Shown: positions 40,908-49,716 of the stretch, one piece after another
Layout: the number at the start of each line of letters is the position of its first letter
Numbering within the stretch: position 1 is the stretch's first letter
NCBI GenBank assembly: GCA_964577465.1
Contig: CAZNZF010000001.1
Coordinates: forward strand, 1 to 60,480
Direction of reading: 5' to 3'
Source of the DNA: an uncultured bacterium
GTDB taxonomy: Bacteria; RBG-13-66-14
DNA: 60,480 nt
Translations under genes and position numbers: made by a program
Notes under the pieces: generated by a model
The model's input: the letters and a program-made list of their open reading frames with translations, nothing else
Databases searched by the model: none
Told to the model about the DNA's origin: nothing

Positions 40908-41339
40908 GTGAGCGGTCCCCGATGGGTGAAGAGCCGTGGCCGATGCCACGGTGAATTGATACCCGAGGGGGACGAGCTACTCCTGGAGCCCTTCGGGGAA
41001 ACGCCCCCGCGGGTCGGCGAGATAGCGGCCTATATAAATCCCGACGGCCTCGAGGTCGTCCACCGCCTCTGCCACCGGGACACCGACGGCTGGTGGGGCA
41101 ACGCGGACACGGTGCTGGCGATGGAGCGCACCGGAAGCCTTATAGGCCGCGTCACGGCCCGGCGGTGGAAGGGCTCCGTCCGCGCCGTGAGGCCGATGCC
41201 CGCGCGGGCCGGGCTGGCCTGGCTCATCCACCGGCTCTACCGACACTCCCACGGCCTTTTAGGAGCCTGGGGGCGGGTTGTCCTGCAACTTGTACAGCGG
41301 CTCAAACCACTGCTCTACCACACCCGACAGGGAATATGA
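40908..41339 (+). CDS. S24/S26 (LexA/signal peptidase)-fold protein with Cys at the nucleophile position
   Basis: The 143-aa ORF starts with GTG. VKSRGRCHGELIPEGDELLL, GEIAAY, EVVHRL, WWGNAD and SLIGRV align by eye to the V.G.SM.P.l..GD.v.v / GDIv.f / v.HRv / KGDn / i.G.v blocks of S24/S26 peptidases. Its stop overlaps the next gene's ATG (ATGA). Confidence 0.35.
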   Translation: MSGPRWVKSRGRCHGELIPEGDELLLEPFGETPPRVGEIAAYINPDGLEVVHRLCHRDTDGWWGNADTVLAMERTGSLIGRVTARRWKGSVRAVRPMPARAGLAWLIHRLYRHSHGLLGAWGRVVLQLVQRLKPLLYHTRQGI

Positions 41340-42658
41340 ACCACAACGAACCGGCAAAGAGACTGAAAGAAGGCCCGGCGGTCTTCGGCGTCATCGGCCT
41401 GGGCTACGTGGGGCTGCCCCTCGCCCTGGAGTTCGCCGAGGCCGGCATCCGCGTCATCGGCTTCGACATCGACCCGTCGAAGGTGGAATCCCTGCAAAAA
41501 GGCGAGAGTTACATCCAGCAGATACCGGCCGGGCGGATCAAGCCGTACGTGGACTCGGGCATTTTCGAGGCGACCGGCGACCTGGACCGCCTGGGCGAGG
41601 TCGACGTCATCGCCATCTGCGTGCCCACGCCGCTGGACGACCACCGGCAGCCGGACCTGAGCTTCGTTGAAATCACGTCCCGGGACGTGGCCCGTCGGCT
41701 GAAGAAGGGGCAGGTGGTGATTCTCGAGTCCACCACCTATCCCGGCACCACCCGGGAGGTCGTCCGGCCCATCCTCGAGGAGGGATCGGGCCTCAAAGGC
41801 GGGACGGACTTCTTCCTCGCCTTCTCCCCGGAGCGGGAGGACCCGGGCAACAAGGACTACCGGACCCGGACGATTCCCAAGGTCATCGGCGCGCTGACTC
41901 CGGCGGGGCTGGACCTGGCCAAAAATTTCTACGACCGGGTCTTCGAGAGGACGGTCCCGGTGTCCAGCCTCGAGGTGTCCGAGATGACGAAAATCTTCGA
42001 GAACACCTTCCGGGCCGTGAACATCGCCCTGGTCAACGAGCTGAAGATGCTGGCGCTGCGCATGGGGGTCAACCTGCACGAGGTGATAGACGCCGCCTCG
42101 ACGAAGCCCTTCGGGTTCATGCCCTTCCGCCCGGGGCCGGGCCTCGGGGGGCACTGCATCCCCATCGACCCCTTCTACCTCACCTGGAAGGCCCACGAGT
42201 ACGAGTTCAGCACCCGCTTCATCGAGCTGGCCGGCGAGATAAACACGGGGATGCCCCGTTTCGTGGTGGAACGCACCACCGAGGCGCTCAACCACGCGGG
42301 CAAGCCGCTCCGGGGCTCGAAAATTTTAATCCTCGGCATATCCTACAAACCCGACATCGACGATATGCGCGAAAGCCCGGCCGTGCCGGTCATGGAGGGC
42401 CTGCTCGCGCGTGGGGCGAAGGTGGACTACCACGACCCGCACATCCCCAAGATGCCCGCCACGCGCCAGACCGGACTGCGCCTGGAGAGCATCCCCCTGA
42501 AGGATTACTCCGTGCTCGCGGCCTACGACGCCGTGATCGTCGTGACCAACCATTCCTCATACGATTACCGGGAGGTGGTCCGACGCGCGGCCCTGGTGGT
42601 GGACACGCGGAACGCCACCGCGGGGATACCGAACGATGGGAACGTGTGGCTGGCCTGA
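41336..42658 (+). CDS. Nucleotide-sugar dehydrogenase (UDP-GlcNAc/ManNAc dehydrogenase-like; UDPG_MGDP_dh family)
   Basis: ATG at 41336. The 440-aa product has the Rossmann motif VIGLGYVGLPLA and the catalytic Cys context GGHCIPIDP. Confidence 0.88.
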   Translation: MNHNEPAKRLKEGPAVFGVIGLGYVGLPLALEFAEAGIRVIGFDIDPSKVESLQKGESYIQQIPAGRIKPYVDSGIFEATGDLDRLGEVDVIAICVPTPLDDHRQPDLSFVEITSRDVARRLKKGQVVILESTTYPGTTREVVRPILEEGSGLKGGTDFFLAFSPEREDPGNKDYRTRTIPKVIGALTPAGLDLAKNFYDRVFERTVPVSSLEVSEMTKIFENTFRAVNIALVNELKMLALRMGVNLHEVIDAASTKPFGFMPFRPGPGLGGHCIPIDPFYLTWKAHEYEFSTRFIELAGEINTGMPRFVVERTTEALNHAGKPLRGSKILILGISYKPDIDDMRESPAVPVMEGLLARGAKVDYHDPHIPKMPATRQTGLRLESIPLKDYSVLAAYDAVIVVTNHSSYDYREVVRRAALVVDTRNATAGIPNDGNVWLA

Positions 42659-42778
42659 CCCCTTCACATCGAAGGTCGAAAAAAGCGGCGGGAAGGGCGG
42701 TCTTGCGGGAGAGGCGCCCTTTTTGTATCATCACCTGGATAATCCAGCCCCGGTTTCCGCGGGGCCGTTGAGAGGGGC

Positions 42779-43474
42779 ATGGAGATTCTCGCCGTCATCC
42801 CCGCCCGGGGCTCATCCAAGGGCCTGGAGCGGAAGAACGTCGCCCCCCTGGGGGGGAGGCCGCTGCTGGCTTACACGGCCGACTGCGTCCTGGGGGCCGT
42901 CCATCCCCTGAGGGCGGTGCTTTCCACCGAGGACGACGAGATAGCAAGCCTGGGGCGTCGCCTGGGCCTCGAGGTCCCCTTCCGGCGTCCCGTCGAGCTG
43001 GCGGGCGACGACGCCACGTCCCTGACGGTCCTCCAGCACGCCCTGGTTAGTTTACACGCCGATGAGGGGTACTCCCCGGAATGGGTGGTGTTTCTGCAGC
43101 CGACCTCGCCGCTGAGGACCGCCGCCCATCTGGACGCCGCGCTGGACCGGCTTTTATCCGGGAGGTTCGATTCCCTCGTCTCGCTGACCCCCATGCGCCA
43201 GAATCCGGCCTGGGCCTACCGCGTCACCGACGGGCTGGCCGAGCCCGTCGAGCGGGACCGACCCGGCCGTCGGCAGGAGCTGCCCGATTTCTATTACCCC
43301 AACGGGGCGATATACGCGACCTCCCCGGGACTCCTGGCCGCCGACCGCATCCTCGGTGACCGCTGCGCCGCCTTCGTGATGGAGCCCTGGGAGTCGGTGG
43401 ACGTGGACGACGCCTGGGACATGGCGGTGGCCGAGGCCGGTCTCATCCACGCCAAAAGGGCGCCGAGATGGTAG
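42779..43474 (+). CDS. neuA: Acylneuraminate (nonulosonate) cytidylyltransferase
   Basis: 231-aa ORF starting MEILAVIPARGSSKGLERKN, the CMP-NulO synthetase signature. Confidence 0.85.
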   Translation: MEILAVIPARGSSKGLERKNVAPLGGRPLLAYTADCVLGAVHPLRAVLSTEDDEIASLGRRLGLEVPFRRPVELAGDDATSLTVLQHALVSLHADEGYSPEWVVFLQPTSPLRTAAHLDAALDRLLSGRFDSLVSLTPMRQNPAWAYRVTDGLAEPVERDRPGRRQELPDFYYPNGAIYATSPGLLAADRILGDRCAAFVMEPWESVDVDDAWDMAVAEAGLIHAKRAPRW

Positions 43475-44508
43475 CCGCCTTCCGGGTGGGCGGTCGCCCG
43501 TTGGCGCCGGGCGAACCGGTTTACATCGTCGCCGAGGGCGGCGTGAACCACGACGGCGACCTGCAGAAGGCCCTGGACATCGCCGCCGCCGCCGGGGAGT
43601 GCGGGGCCGACGCGGTCAAGTTCCAGCTCTTCACCCCCGAAAACCTCGTCGCCGCCGATGCGCCCCTGGCGCGCTACCAGGAGAGCGGTGCCGGCGGGAA
43701 AGACCAACTGGCTATGCTGGAAAGACTACAACTCTCCAAGCGGGACTTCGCCCGGGTAAAATCCCGCTGCGACGGTCTGGGCCTGGACTTCATCCTCTCG
43801 GCCTTCTCCCCGGGAGACGTGCGCGCCGCCGCGGAGCTGGGCGTGCCGGTGCTGAAAATCGGCTCCGGCGAGCTCACCGACCCCTTCGTTCTGGACGCCG
43901 CGCGCAATACCGGCCTCCCGCTCATGGTCTCCACGGGGATGGCGGACCTGGATGACGTCGCCTGGGCCGTGGAGCGCCTGGGGGAGGCGGAGATTCTTCT
44001 CTTCCACTGCACCAGCGCGTACCCCGCCCCGGTGGAGGAGATGAACCTGCGCGCCCTGACCGCCCTGCGCGAACGCTTCGACCGTCCCGTGGGCCTCTCC
44101 GACCACAGCCCGGGCATCCAGGCCGCATGCCTGGCCGTGGCCCTGGGCGCCTGCGCCGTGGAGAAGCACTTCACCCTGGACCGGGAGGGAATCGGTCCAG
44201 ACCACGCGGCCAGCCTGGACCCGGCCGGTTTCCGGGAGCTCGTCACCGGGATACGCGCGACGGAGCGCATCCTGGGCGACGGGGAGAAGCGCTCCACCCC
44301 CGCGGAGGAGGACACCCGGTCCGTCTCGCGGAAGGGCCTCCGGACGACGCGCAGGCTGAAGGCGGGTCACCGACTGGCCCCGGGGGATTTAGCCGCCAAA
44401 CGGCCGGCGGTGGGCCTGGACCCCCGCGGGGTCGAAGGCCTGTACGGGAAAAAACTGAAAGGCACGCTGAAACCTGATCAACCCCTGACCGACGACGACC
44501 TGGAGTAA
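43468..44508 (+). CDS. neuB: N-acetylneuraminate (nonulosonate) synthase with a C-terminal SAF domain
   Basis: 346-aa ORF with the NeuB motifs YIVAEGGVNHDGDL..A......A...GADAVKFQ and a C-terminal SAF-like segment. Confidence 0.9.
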   Translation: MVAAFRVGGRPLAPGEPVYIVAEGGVNHDGDLQKALDIAAAAGECGADAVKFQLFTPENLVAADAPLARYQESGAGGKDQLAMLERLQLSKRDFARVKSRCDGLGLDFILSAFSPGDVRAAAELGVPVLKIGSGELTDPFVLDAARNTGLPLMVSTGMADLDDVAWAVERLGEAEILLFHCTSAYPAPVEEMNLRALTALRERFDRPVGLSDHSPGIQAACLAVALGACAVEKHFTLDREGIGPDHAASLDPAGFRELVTGIRATERILGDGEKRSTPAEEDTRSVSRKGLRTTRRLKAGHRLAPGDLAAKRPAVGLDPRGVEGLYGKKLKGTLKPDQPLTDDDLE

Positions 44509-44530
44509 TCGAAGCCTTCTCTTTAAAGGG

Positions 44531-45355
44531 GTGAGCGTGGAGTACGAAATCTACGATACCGCGCCCGATTCGCTGCCCACCGAGGCCATCCGGTGCAGGA
44601 GCGTCGCATCCATCCATCAGCGTTTCGGAAACGCGGACATCGCCGGCTGGACCATCGCCAACCTGGGGCTGGCCTCGGGGGAGAGGGTCATAGACATAGG
44701 CTGCGGGGTGGGGCAGATAACGATCCCGCTCGCCCGGGCGGTAGCGCCGGACGGCCACGCCAAGGGGATAGACAACGAACCGGACTACGCGGCGGCCTGG
44801 GACGCCCTCGACAAGGGCGACCTGCCGGTCTCCTTCGACCTCTGGCGGTGGGAGGCTCCCTGGCCCTGGCTCGACGGCTCCTACGACGCGGCGGTGGCCA
44901 ATTTCACCCTCACCATCCTGCCCGACCTCGACCTGGCCGTGAGGGAAATCGTGCGGATCCTCCACCCCAACGGCCGTCTGCTCGTCACCGGCTCCGCCAC
45001 CGACGACCAGGCCGAGTTCATGCAGATGCACTGGGAGCTGGTGGGGGAGCACCCCACCGCCGAGATGGCCGCCCGGGGGAGGGACCTGACCTCCGAGGTC
45101 CTGCCGCTGCTGGATGAAAAACTCGGTCCCGGCAGGCGGATCGAATTCGCCAACGACCTGAGCTTCCCCCGGCCCCAGGACGTGGTCGAATTCTACGCGA
45201 CCGGGAAGCTCTACGGGCTCCTGGCCACCGACGCACGCACGCGCGACGACCTCCTGGACCTGATTTTCCACGCCGCCGAGGCGCACATCGCCAAGAACGG
45301 CACCTACGTCGTCAAGCGGCGGCTCGTCGGCGGGCTCTACATCAAGAAGCCCTGA
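44531..45355 (+). CDS. Class I SAM-dependent methyltransferase
   Basis: 274-aa ORF starting with GTG, with motif I VIDIGCGVGQIT. It sits between neuB and neuC. Confidence 0.7.
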   Translation: MSVEYEIYDTAPDSLPTEAIRCRSVASIHQRFGNADIAGWTIANLGLASGERVIDIGCGVGQITIPLARAVAPDGHAKGIDNEPDYAAAWDALDKGDLPVSFDLWRWEAPWPWLDGSYDAAVANFTLTILPDLDLAVREIVRILHPNGRLLVTGSATDDQAEFMQMHWELVGEHPTAEMAARGRDLTSEVLPLLDEKLGPGRRIEFANDLSFPRPQDVVEFYATGKLYGLLATDARTRDDLLDLIFHAAEAHIAKNGTYVVKRRLVGGLYIKKP

Positions 45356-45356
45356 T

Positions 45357-46517
45357 TTGACGCACCGGCGGATTGCCATCCTCACCGGTTGCCGCTCCGA
45401 TTACGGCCTGCTCCGCCCCTTCATCCGGCGGGTGGAGGAGGAACCGGGGGCGGAGCTGGTCCTCTACGCGGCGGCCGGTCACCTCTCCCCCTCCCGCGGG
45501 ATGACGGTGGAACAGATACGCCGGGATGGGTTCGAGCCGCTGACCCTGGCTCCGGCGGCCGAGGACGACGACACCCCGGCGGGCATGGCGGAACTGGCCT
45601 CCCGCGTGACCGGTGAGCTGGCGCGCCTGTGGCTCCGTGACCGACCGGACTGGCTCGTCGTGCTGGGGGATCGGGTCGAGGTGCTGGGCGCCGCCGTGGC
45701 GGCATGGTACAGCCGCGTCCCCCTGGCCCAGTTCCACGCCGGGGACCTGTCCCTGGTGGACGACGGGCCCCGGCACGCCGTCAGCCGTCTGACCCATCTG
45801 CTGTTCCCCGCCACCCGATCCGCGGCCCAAAGGCTGCTCGCGTGGGGGGAGGAGACCTGGCGCGTGCACCAGGTGGGCTCCCTGGCGGCCGACCGCGCCG
45901 TCTCCGGCCGGCCCCTCGGCCCCGAAGAGCTCCGCGCCCTGGGTGAACGGGTGGACCTGAACCTGGACGGCGACTTCCTGGTGCTGGTGTACCACCCCCT
46001 GCCCGGGGAGCCGGAGAAAACGGCGAAGGGGCTCGTGGCGTGCCTGGAGTCGCTGGACGCCGCCTCGCTCCCCACCCTCGCCCTCCACCCCAACGCCGAT
46101 GCCGGCGGACGGCCGATAGTCGAGGAGCTGGAACGGTGGGTGGAGCGCGGGCCGCATCGCGCGCTCCACGCCAGCCTGGCGCCGGAATCGTTCGCCGAAA
46201 TCCTGCGCCGGACGCGGGCCCTCGTCGGCAACTCCTCGGCCGGGCTCATCGAGTGCTCCGTCATGGGAACTCCGGCGGTCAACGTCGGGCCGAGGCAGGG
46301 GGGCCGCGAGCGCGGCGCCAACGTCGTCGACACCGACGCGGACCCCGGAGAGGTGCGAGTGGCGCTCGAAAAAATCCTCGCCGAGACGGGCATCCGTGAA
46401 CGGCTCCTCCGGCGACCCTCCCCCTACGGCGACGGCGGCACGGCTTCCAGGGCGCTCGAGATAATCCTGAAAACGCCGATTGACGATACCCTCCTGGACA
46501 AGACGCTCCGCGGTTAA
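45357..46517 (+). CDS. neuC: UDP-N-acetylglucosamine 2-epimerase (hydrolysing), NeuC/LegG-like
   Basis: 386-aa ORF starting with TTG. It has RIAILTGCRSDYGLL (compare the TGTRAEYGLL motif) and the epimerase_2 fold pattern. Confidence 0.85.
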   Translation: MTHRRIAILTGCRSDYGLLRPFIRRVEEEPGAELVLYAAAGHLSPSRGMTVEQIRRDGFEPLTLAPAAEDDDTPAGMAELASRVTGELARLWLRDRPDWLVVLGDRVEVLGAAVAAWYSRVPLAQFHAGDLSLVDDGPRHAVSRLTHLLFPATRSAAQRLLAWGEETWRVHQVGSLAADRAVSGRPLGPEELRALGERVDLNLDGDFLVLVYHPLPGEPEKTAKGLVACLESLDAASLPTLALHPNADAGGRPIVEELERWVERGPHRALHASLAPESFAEILRRTRALVGNSSAGLIECSVMGTPAVNVGPRQGGRERGANVVDTDADPGEVRVALEKILAETGIRERLLRRPSPYGDGGTASRALEIILKTPIDDTLLDKTLRG

Positions 46518-46530
46518 CCCGAGAGGTGCA

Positions 46531-48075
46531 ATGGTGACATCCCTGAAAAACCTCTTCCTGTCCCCCGCCGACGGGCTGCGCCGGGCGATGGAGGTGATAG
46601 ACGCCGGACGGCTGGGGATGGCGCTGGTGGTGGATACCGACGGCAGGCTGCTGGGCACGCTCACCGACGGCGACGTCCGGCGCCACCTGCTCGAGGGAGG
46701 CGGCCGGGACGATCCGGTGGAGAAAATTTACTGCCGCGAGCCGCTGACGGCGACGACGGGGTACGACCGCGCCGGGCTCGCCCGTATCGCGGAGGCCCGC
46801 GGAATCAAGCTCATCCCATTCCTCGAGGACGGACGGCCCACGCGGCTCCTGACCCCGGCCGACCTCTCCGAGGTAGACCAGCCGGCGATACTGGGCGGCA
46901 CACCCGCCTTCCGGGAGCCCATCCCGGTGGCGCGGCCCACCCTGCCTGAATTCGGGGAGATTTCCGCCGAGCTGGAACGCGTGCTCACGAGCGGCATTAT
47001 AACGAACGGCCCGCAGGTGGAGGCCTTCGAGCGGGAAGCGGCGGCGTGGATGGGGACGGAGCCGGAGAAGGTGGTCGCCGTTTCGAGCTGTACCACGGGA
47101 CTCATCCTGACCCTCTCCCGCATCGAACCGCCGGGCGAGGTGGTGATGCCCGGCTTCACCTACTTCGCCACGGGGCTCGCGGCGACGTGGAACGGGCTGA
47201 CGCCGGTGTTCGTGGACGCCGGGGCCGACGACTTCAACGTGGACGCCTCGGCCGTGGAACGGGCCGTCGGGGATAAAACAAAAGCCATCGTCGGCGTGTA
47301 CGTCTTCGGCTGCCCGCCCCCGGTGGTCGAGCTGCGCAGGCTGGCCGACGCTCACGGGATACCGCTGATTCTCGACGCCGCCCACGCCTTCGGCGCCGAA
47401 CAGGACGGCACGCCGGCCGGGCGCTTCGGCGACGTCGAGGTCTTTTCCCTCTCGCCCACCAAGCCGGTCACGTCCGGGGAGGGCGGCCTGATTGTCTGCC
47501 GCGAGGTGGCGACCGCCGCCGACCTCAGACGCCGCCGGAACCTCGGCATCCTGGACTCGGCCACCGACCCCACCCGGGGGTTGAACGGCAGGATGAGCGA
47601 GCTCAACGCCGTGCTGGGAAGGGCCTCCCTGCGGCACCTGGAGAAAAACCTCCAGGCGCGCCGACGGCTGGTCCAGGTCTATCGCGACGAGCTGGGGGAC
47701 GTCCCCGGCCTGGGGTTCCAGAAGCTGCCGCCCGGCGCCGTCTCCACTTTCAAGGACCTGGCCGTCGTCGTGGATTCCGACACGTTGGGGATGACGCGCG
47801 ACGACCTCGCCGAGGGCCTCGCCGCGGAGAACATCGGCACCAAGAAATATTTCTCGCCGCCGCTGCACCTCCAGCGCCGCTTCGCCGGCCTGTCCCGGAC
47901 GGATGGACAACTTAAGGTGACCGAGAAACTCGCGGACGGCGTGCTCTGTCTCCCGCTCTACTCCCACCAGGAGGAGGAGGACGTCCGGCGTGTGGCCGCG
48001 GCGTTGAGGCGCCTCGTCGCACACGGGGAAGAGGTCGACCGACGGCTGACCGAGCTACGTCGGGAGTGGGAGTAG
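46531..48075 (+). CDS. CBS-domain / DegT-DnrJ-EryC1 aminotransferase fusion
   Basis: ATG at 46531 preceded by GAGAGG. The N-terminal ~120 aa form a CBS pair (LVVDTDGRLLGTLTDGDVRR). A PLP-dependent sugar aminotransferase follows, with the Lys context SLSPTKPVTSGEGG. Confidence 0.85.
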   Translation: MVTSLKNLFLSPADGLRRAMEVIDAGRLGMALVVDTDGRLLGTLTDGDVRRHLLEGGGRDDPVEKIYCREPLTATTGYDRAGLARIAEARGIKLIPFLEDGRPTRLLTPADLSEVDQPAILGGTPAFREPIPVARPTLPEFGEISAELERVLTSGIITNGPQVEAFEREAAAWMGTEPEKVVAVSSCTTGLILTLSRIEPPGEVVMPGFTYFATGLAATWNGLTPVFVDAGADDFNVDASAVERAVGDKTKAIVGVYVFGCPPPVVELRRLADAHGIPLILDAAHAFGAEQDGTPAGRFGDVEVFSLSPTKPVTSGEGGLIVCREVATAADLRRRRNLGILDSATDPTRGLNGRMSELNAVLGRASLRHLEKNLQARRRLVQVYRDELGDVPGLGFQKLPPGAVSTFKDLAVVVDSDTLGMTRDDLAEGLAAENIGTKKYFSPPLHLQRRFAGLSRTDGQLKVTEKLADGVLCLPLYSHQEEEDVRRVAAALRRLVAHGEEVDRRLTELRREWE

Positions 48076-48090
48076 CATTCCCTTTCGCGG

Positions 48091-48126
48091 GGCCGGAAGC
48101 CGGGAGACCGCTTTCGGCCGTTTTTT
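48091..48126 (+). terminator. Rho-independent terminator after the aminotransferase gene
   Basis: Imperfect GGCCGGAAGCCGG...CCGCTTTCGGCC hairpin followed by T6. Confidence 0.55.
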
Positions 48127-48171
48127 CCCCCGGGACCCGTATCCCGGGGAACCCCACGATCGAGGCCGGGA

Positions 48172-49716
48172 TTGCCCACGGGTAAAGTCAAGGCGAGCCG
48201 CCTCTGGAGCGACACGTTCTGGATGTCCGCCGCCGGTCTTTTCAGCGCCGGCCTGAGCATCCTGCGCGCCCTCCTCCTGCCGAAAATCATCGACAATCCG
48301 GCGAACTACGGGCTGCTCCTCGTCATCAGCCTCATAATTGGATACGGAGCCTACGCCCATCTCGGCGTGACGCTGGGCATCTATCGCCAGATTCCGTACC
48401 TGCGGGGGACGGGGACCTCGGAAGAGGAAATCGCCGACCTGCGCAACTCCTCCCTGGGCTTCGTGCTCCTGATGGGGTTCGTGGCCGTCATCGTCTCCTT
48501 CCTCCTCGGCTGGACCCAGATAGAAGACGGCACCCTCCTCGGATTCGTCATCCTCGCCGCGGGAGCGGCCCTGGTTCCCCTGCGGAATCTGACGGCTGTT
48601 TTGACGAACTTCTACCAGGCCGAGGGGCGGTTCCGCTTCCTGGCCATCCTGGAGTTCTTCTACATCCTGTCGTCCGTCGGACTCACACTTCTCGGGGCCC
48701 AGCTCTTCGGGATTCTCGGCGTCGCCGGGGCCATTATAATCGTGGAAATCGTATTCGTAGTCCTCTACAGCCGACTGACCGGTTATCCCCATCGGTTGCG
48801 GTTGGTTCCCCGCCTCGACTGGGCGAAAGTCGGCCGGCTGATACGCGTCGGACTGCCGCTGACCATCGTCGTATTCCTCCGCTTCTGCCTGGAGAGCATC
48901 GACAAGCTGTTCATCGCCCGTTTCATCGGCGGGGTGGATCGTGGGTTCTTGAACCTGGCGGCCACCGTGGGGATGCTCGTCATCCTGGTTCCGGGCAAGC
49001 TCGGTATCGTTCTCAACCCGGAACTGGCGCGGAGCACCGGCGCCGGTGAAATCGGCGAGCTCCGGCGTCGCCTGACGAGCTATACCGAGGCGACCGCTTA
49101 CATAGGCGCCCTGTTGGCCGGGCTGGCTGTCATAGGCTCCAGGACGGTTCTGGCGGCATGGCTGCCGAATTACGCCCCGTCTCTGGCTCTCATAGACCTC
49201 TACGCGCCCCGGATGGCCTTCTACGCCATCATAACCATCGCCGGGAACACCCTGATCAACCTCCTCATCGACCGCCGGCGCGTCGGGCTGTGGATCGGAA
49301 TGCAGCTCGGCATCCTGCTCCTGGCCGTCTCGGCCTGCACCCTGGCACTGTTCCGTTTCGGCTCAAGCTGGTCCATCGTGCTGGCGAGCACCGGCGTCAT
49401 TATCGCAAACGCCCTCCTCATCAACTACTTCGCCGCGAAAGAGGTGGGGATGAAGCTGGGGGAGCGGCTGGGCTTCCTTTTACGACTCGTCCTGCCTCTG
49501 GGCTACGTCGGCGCGCTGGTGGAGGGGTTGAAGTTCGGCCTCACCTACATCGAGCACTGGTCGACTTTAATGCGCCTGCTTACCGGAACGGGCGCCTTAA
49601 TCGTCCTCGCACTGCCCCTGGTAATTCACGGCGAGCGCCGTCTGGGGCTGTTTAAAATGCTGAGGACCCGGATCCGTGAACGCCTCATTCAACCCCGCGG
49701 TGAGCTCGATGATTAG
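48172..49716 (+). CDS. wzx: Polysaccharide flippase (Wzx-like, MOP superfamily)
   Basis: 514-aa ORF with about 12-14 TM segments. The N-terminal pattern ...W.....L.......L..P.I......YGL is typical of Wzx. The start is uncertain (TTG at 48172). Confidence 0.75.
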   Translation: MPTGKVKASRLWSDTFWMSAAGLFSAGLSILRALLLPKIIDNPANYGLLLVISLIIGYGAYAHLGVTLGIYRQIPYLRGTGTSEEEIADLRNSSLGFVLLMGFVAVIVSFLLGWTQIEDGTLLGFVILAAGAALVPLRNLTAVLTNFYQAEGRFRFLAILEFFYILSSVGLTLLGAQLFGILGVAGAIIIVEIVFVVLYSRLTGYPHRLRLVPRLDWAKVGRLIRVGLPLTIVVFLRFCLESIDKLFIARFIGGVDRGFLNLAATVGMLVILVPGKLGIVLNPELARSTGAGEIGELRRRLTSYTEATAYIGALLAGLAVIGSRTVLAAWLPNYAPSLALIDLYAPRMAFYAIITIAGNTLINLLIDRRRVGLWIGMQLGILLLAVSACTLALFRFGSSWSIVLASTGVIIANALLINYFAAKEVGMKLGERLGFLLRLVLPLGYVGALVEGLKFGLTYIEHWSTLMRLLTGTGALIVLALPLVIHGERRLGLFKMLRTRIRERLIQPRGELDD

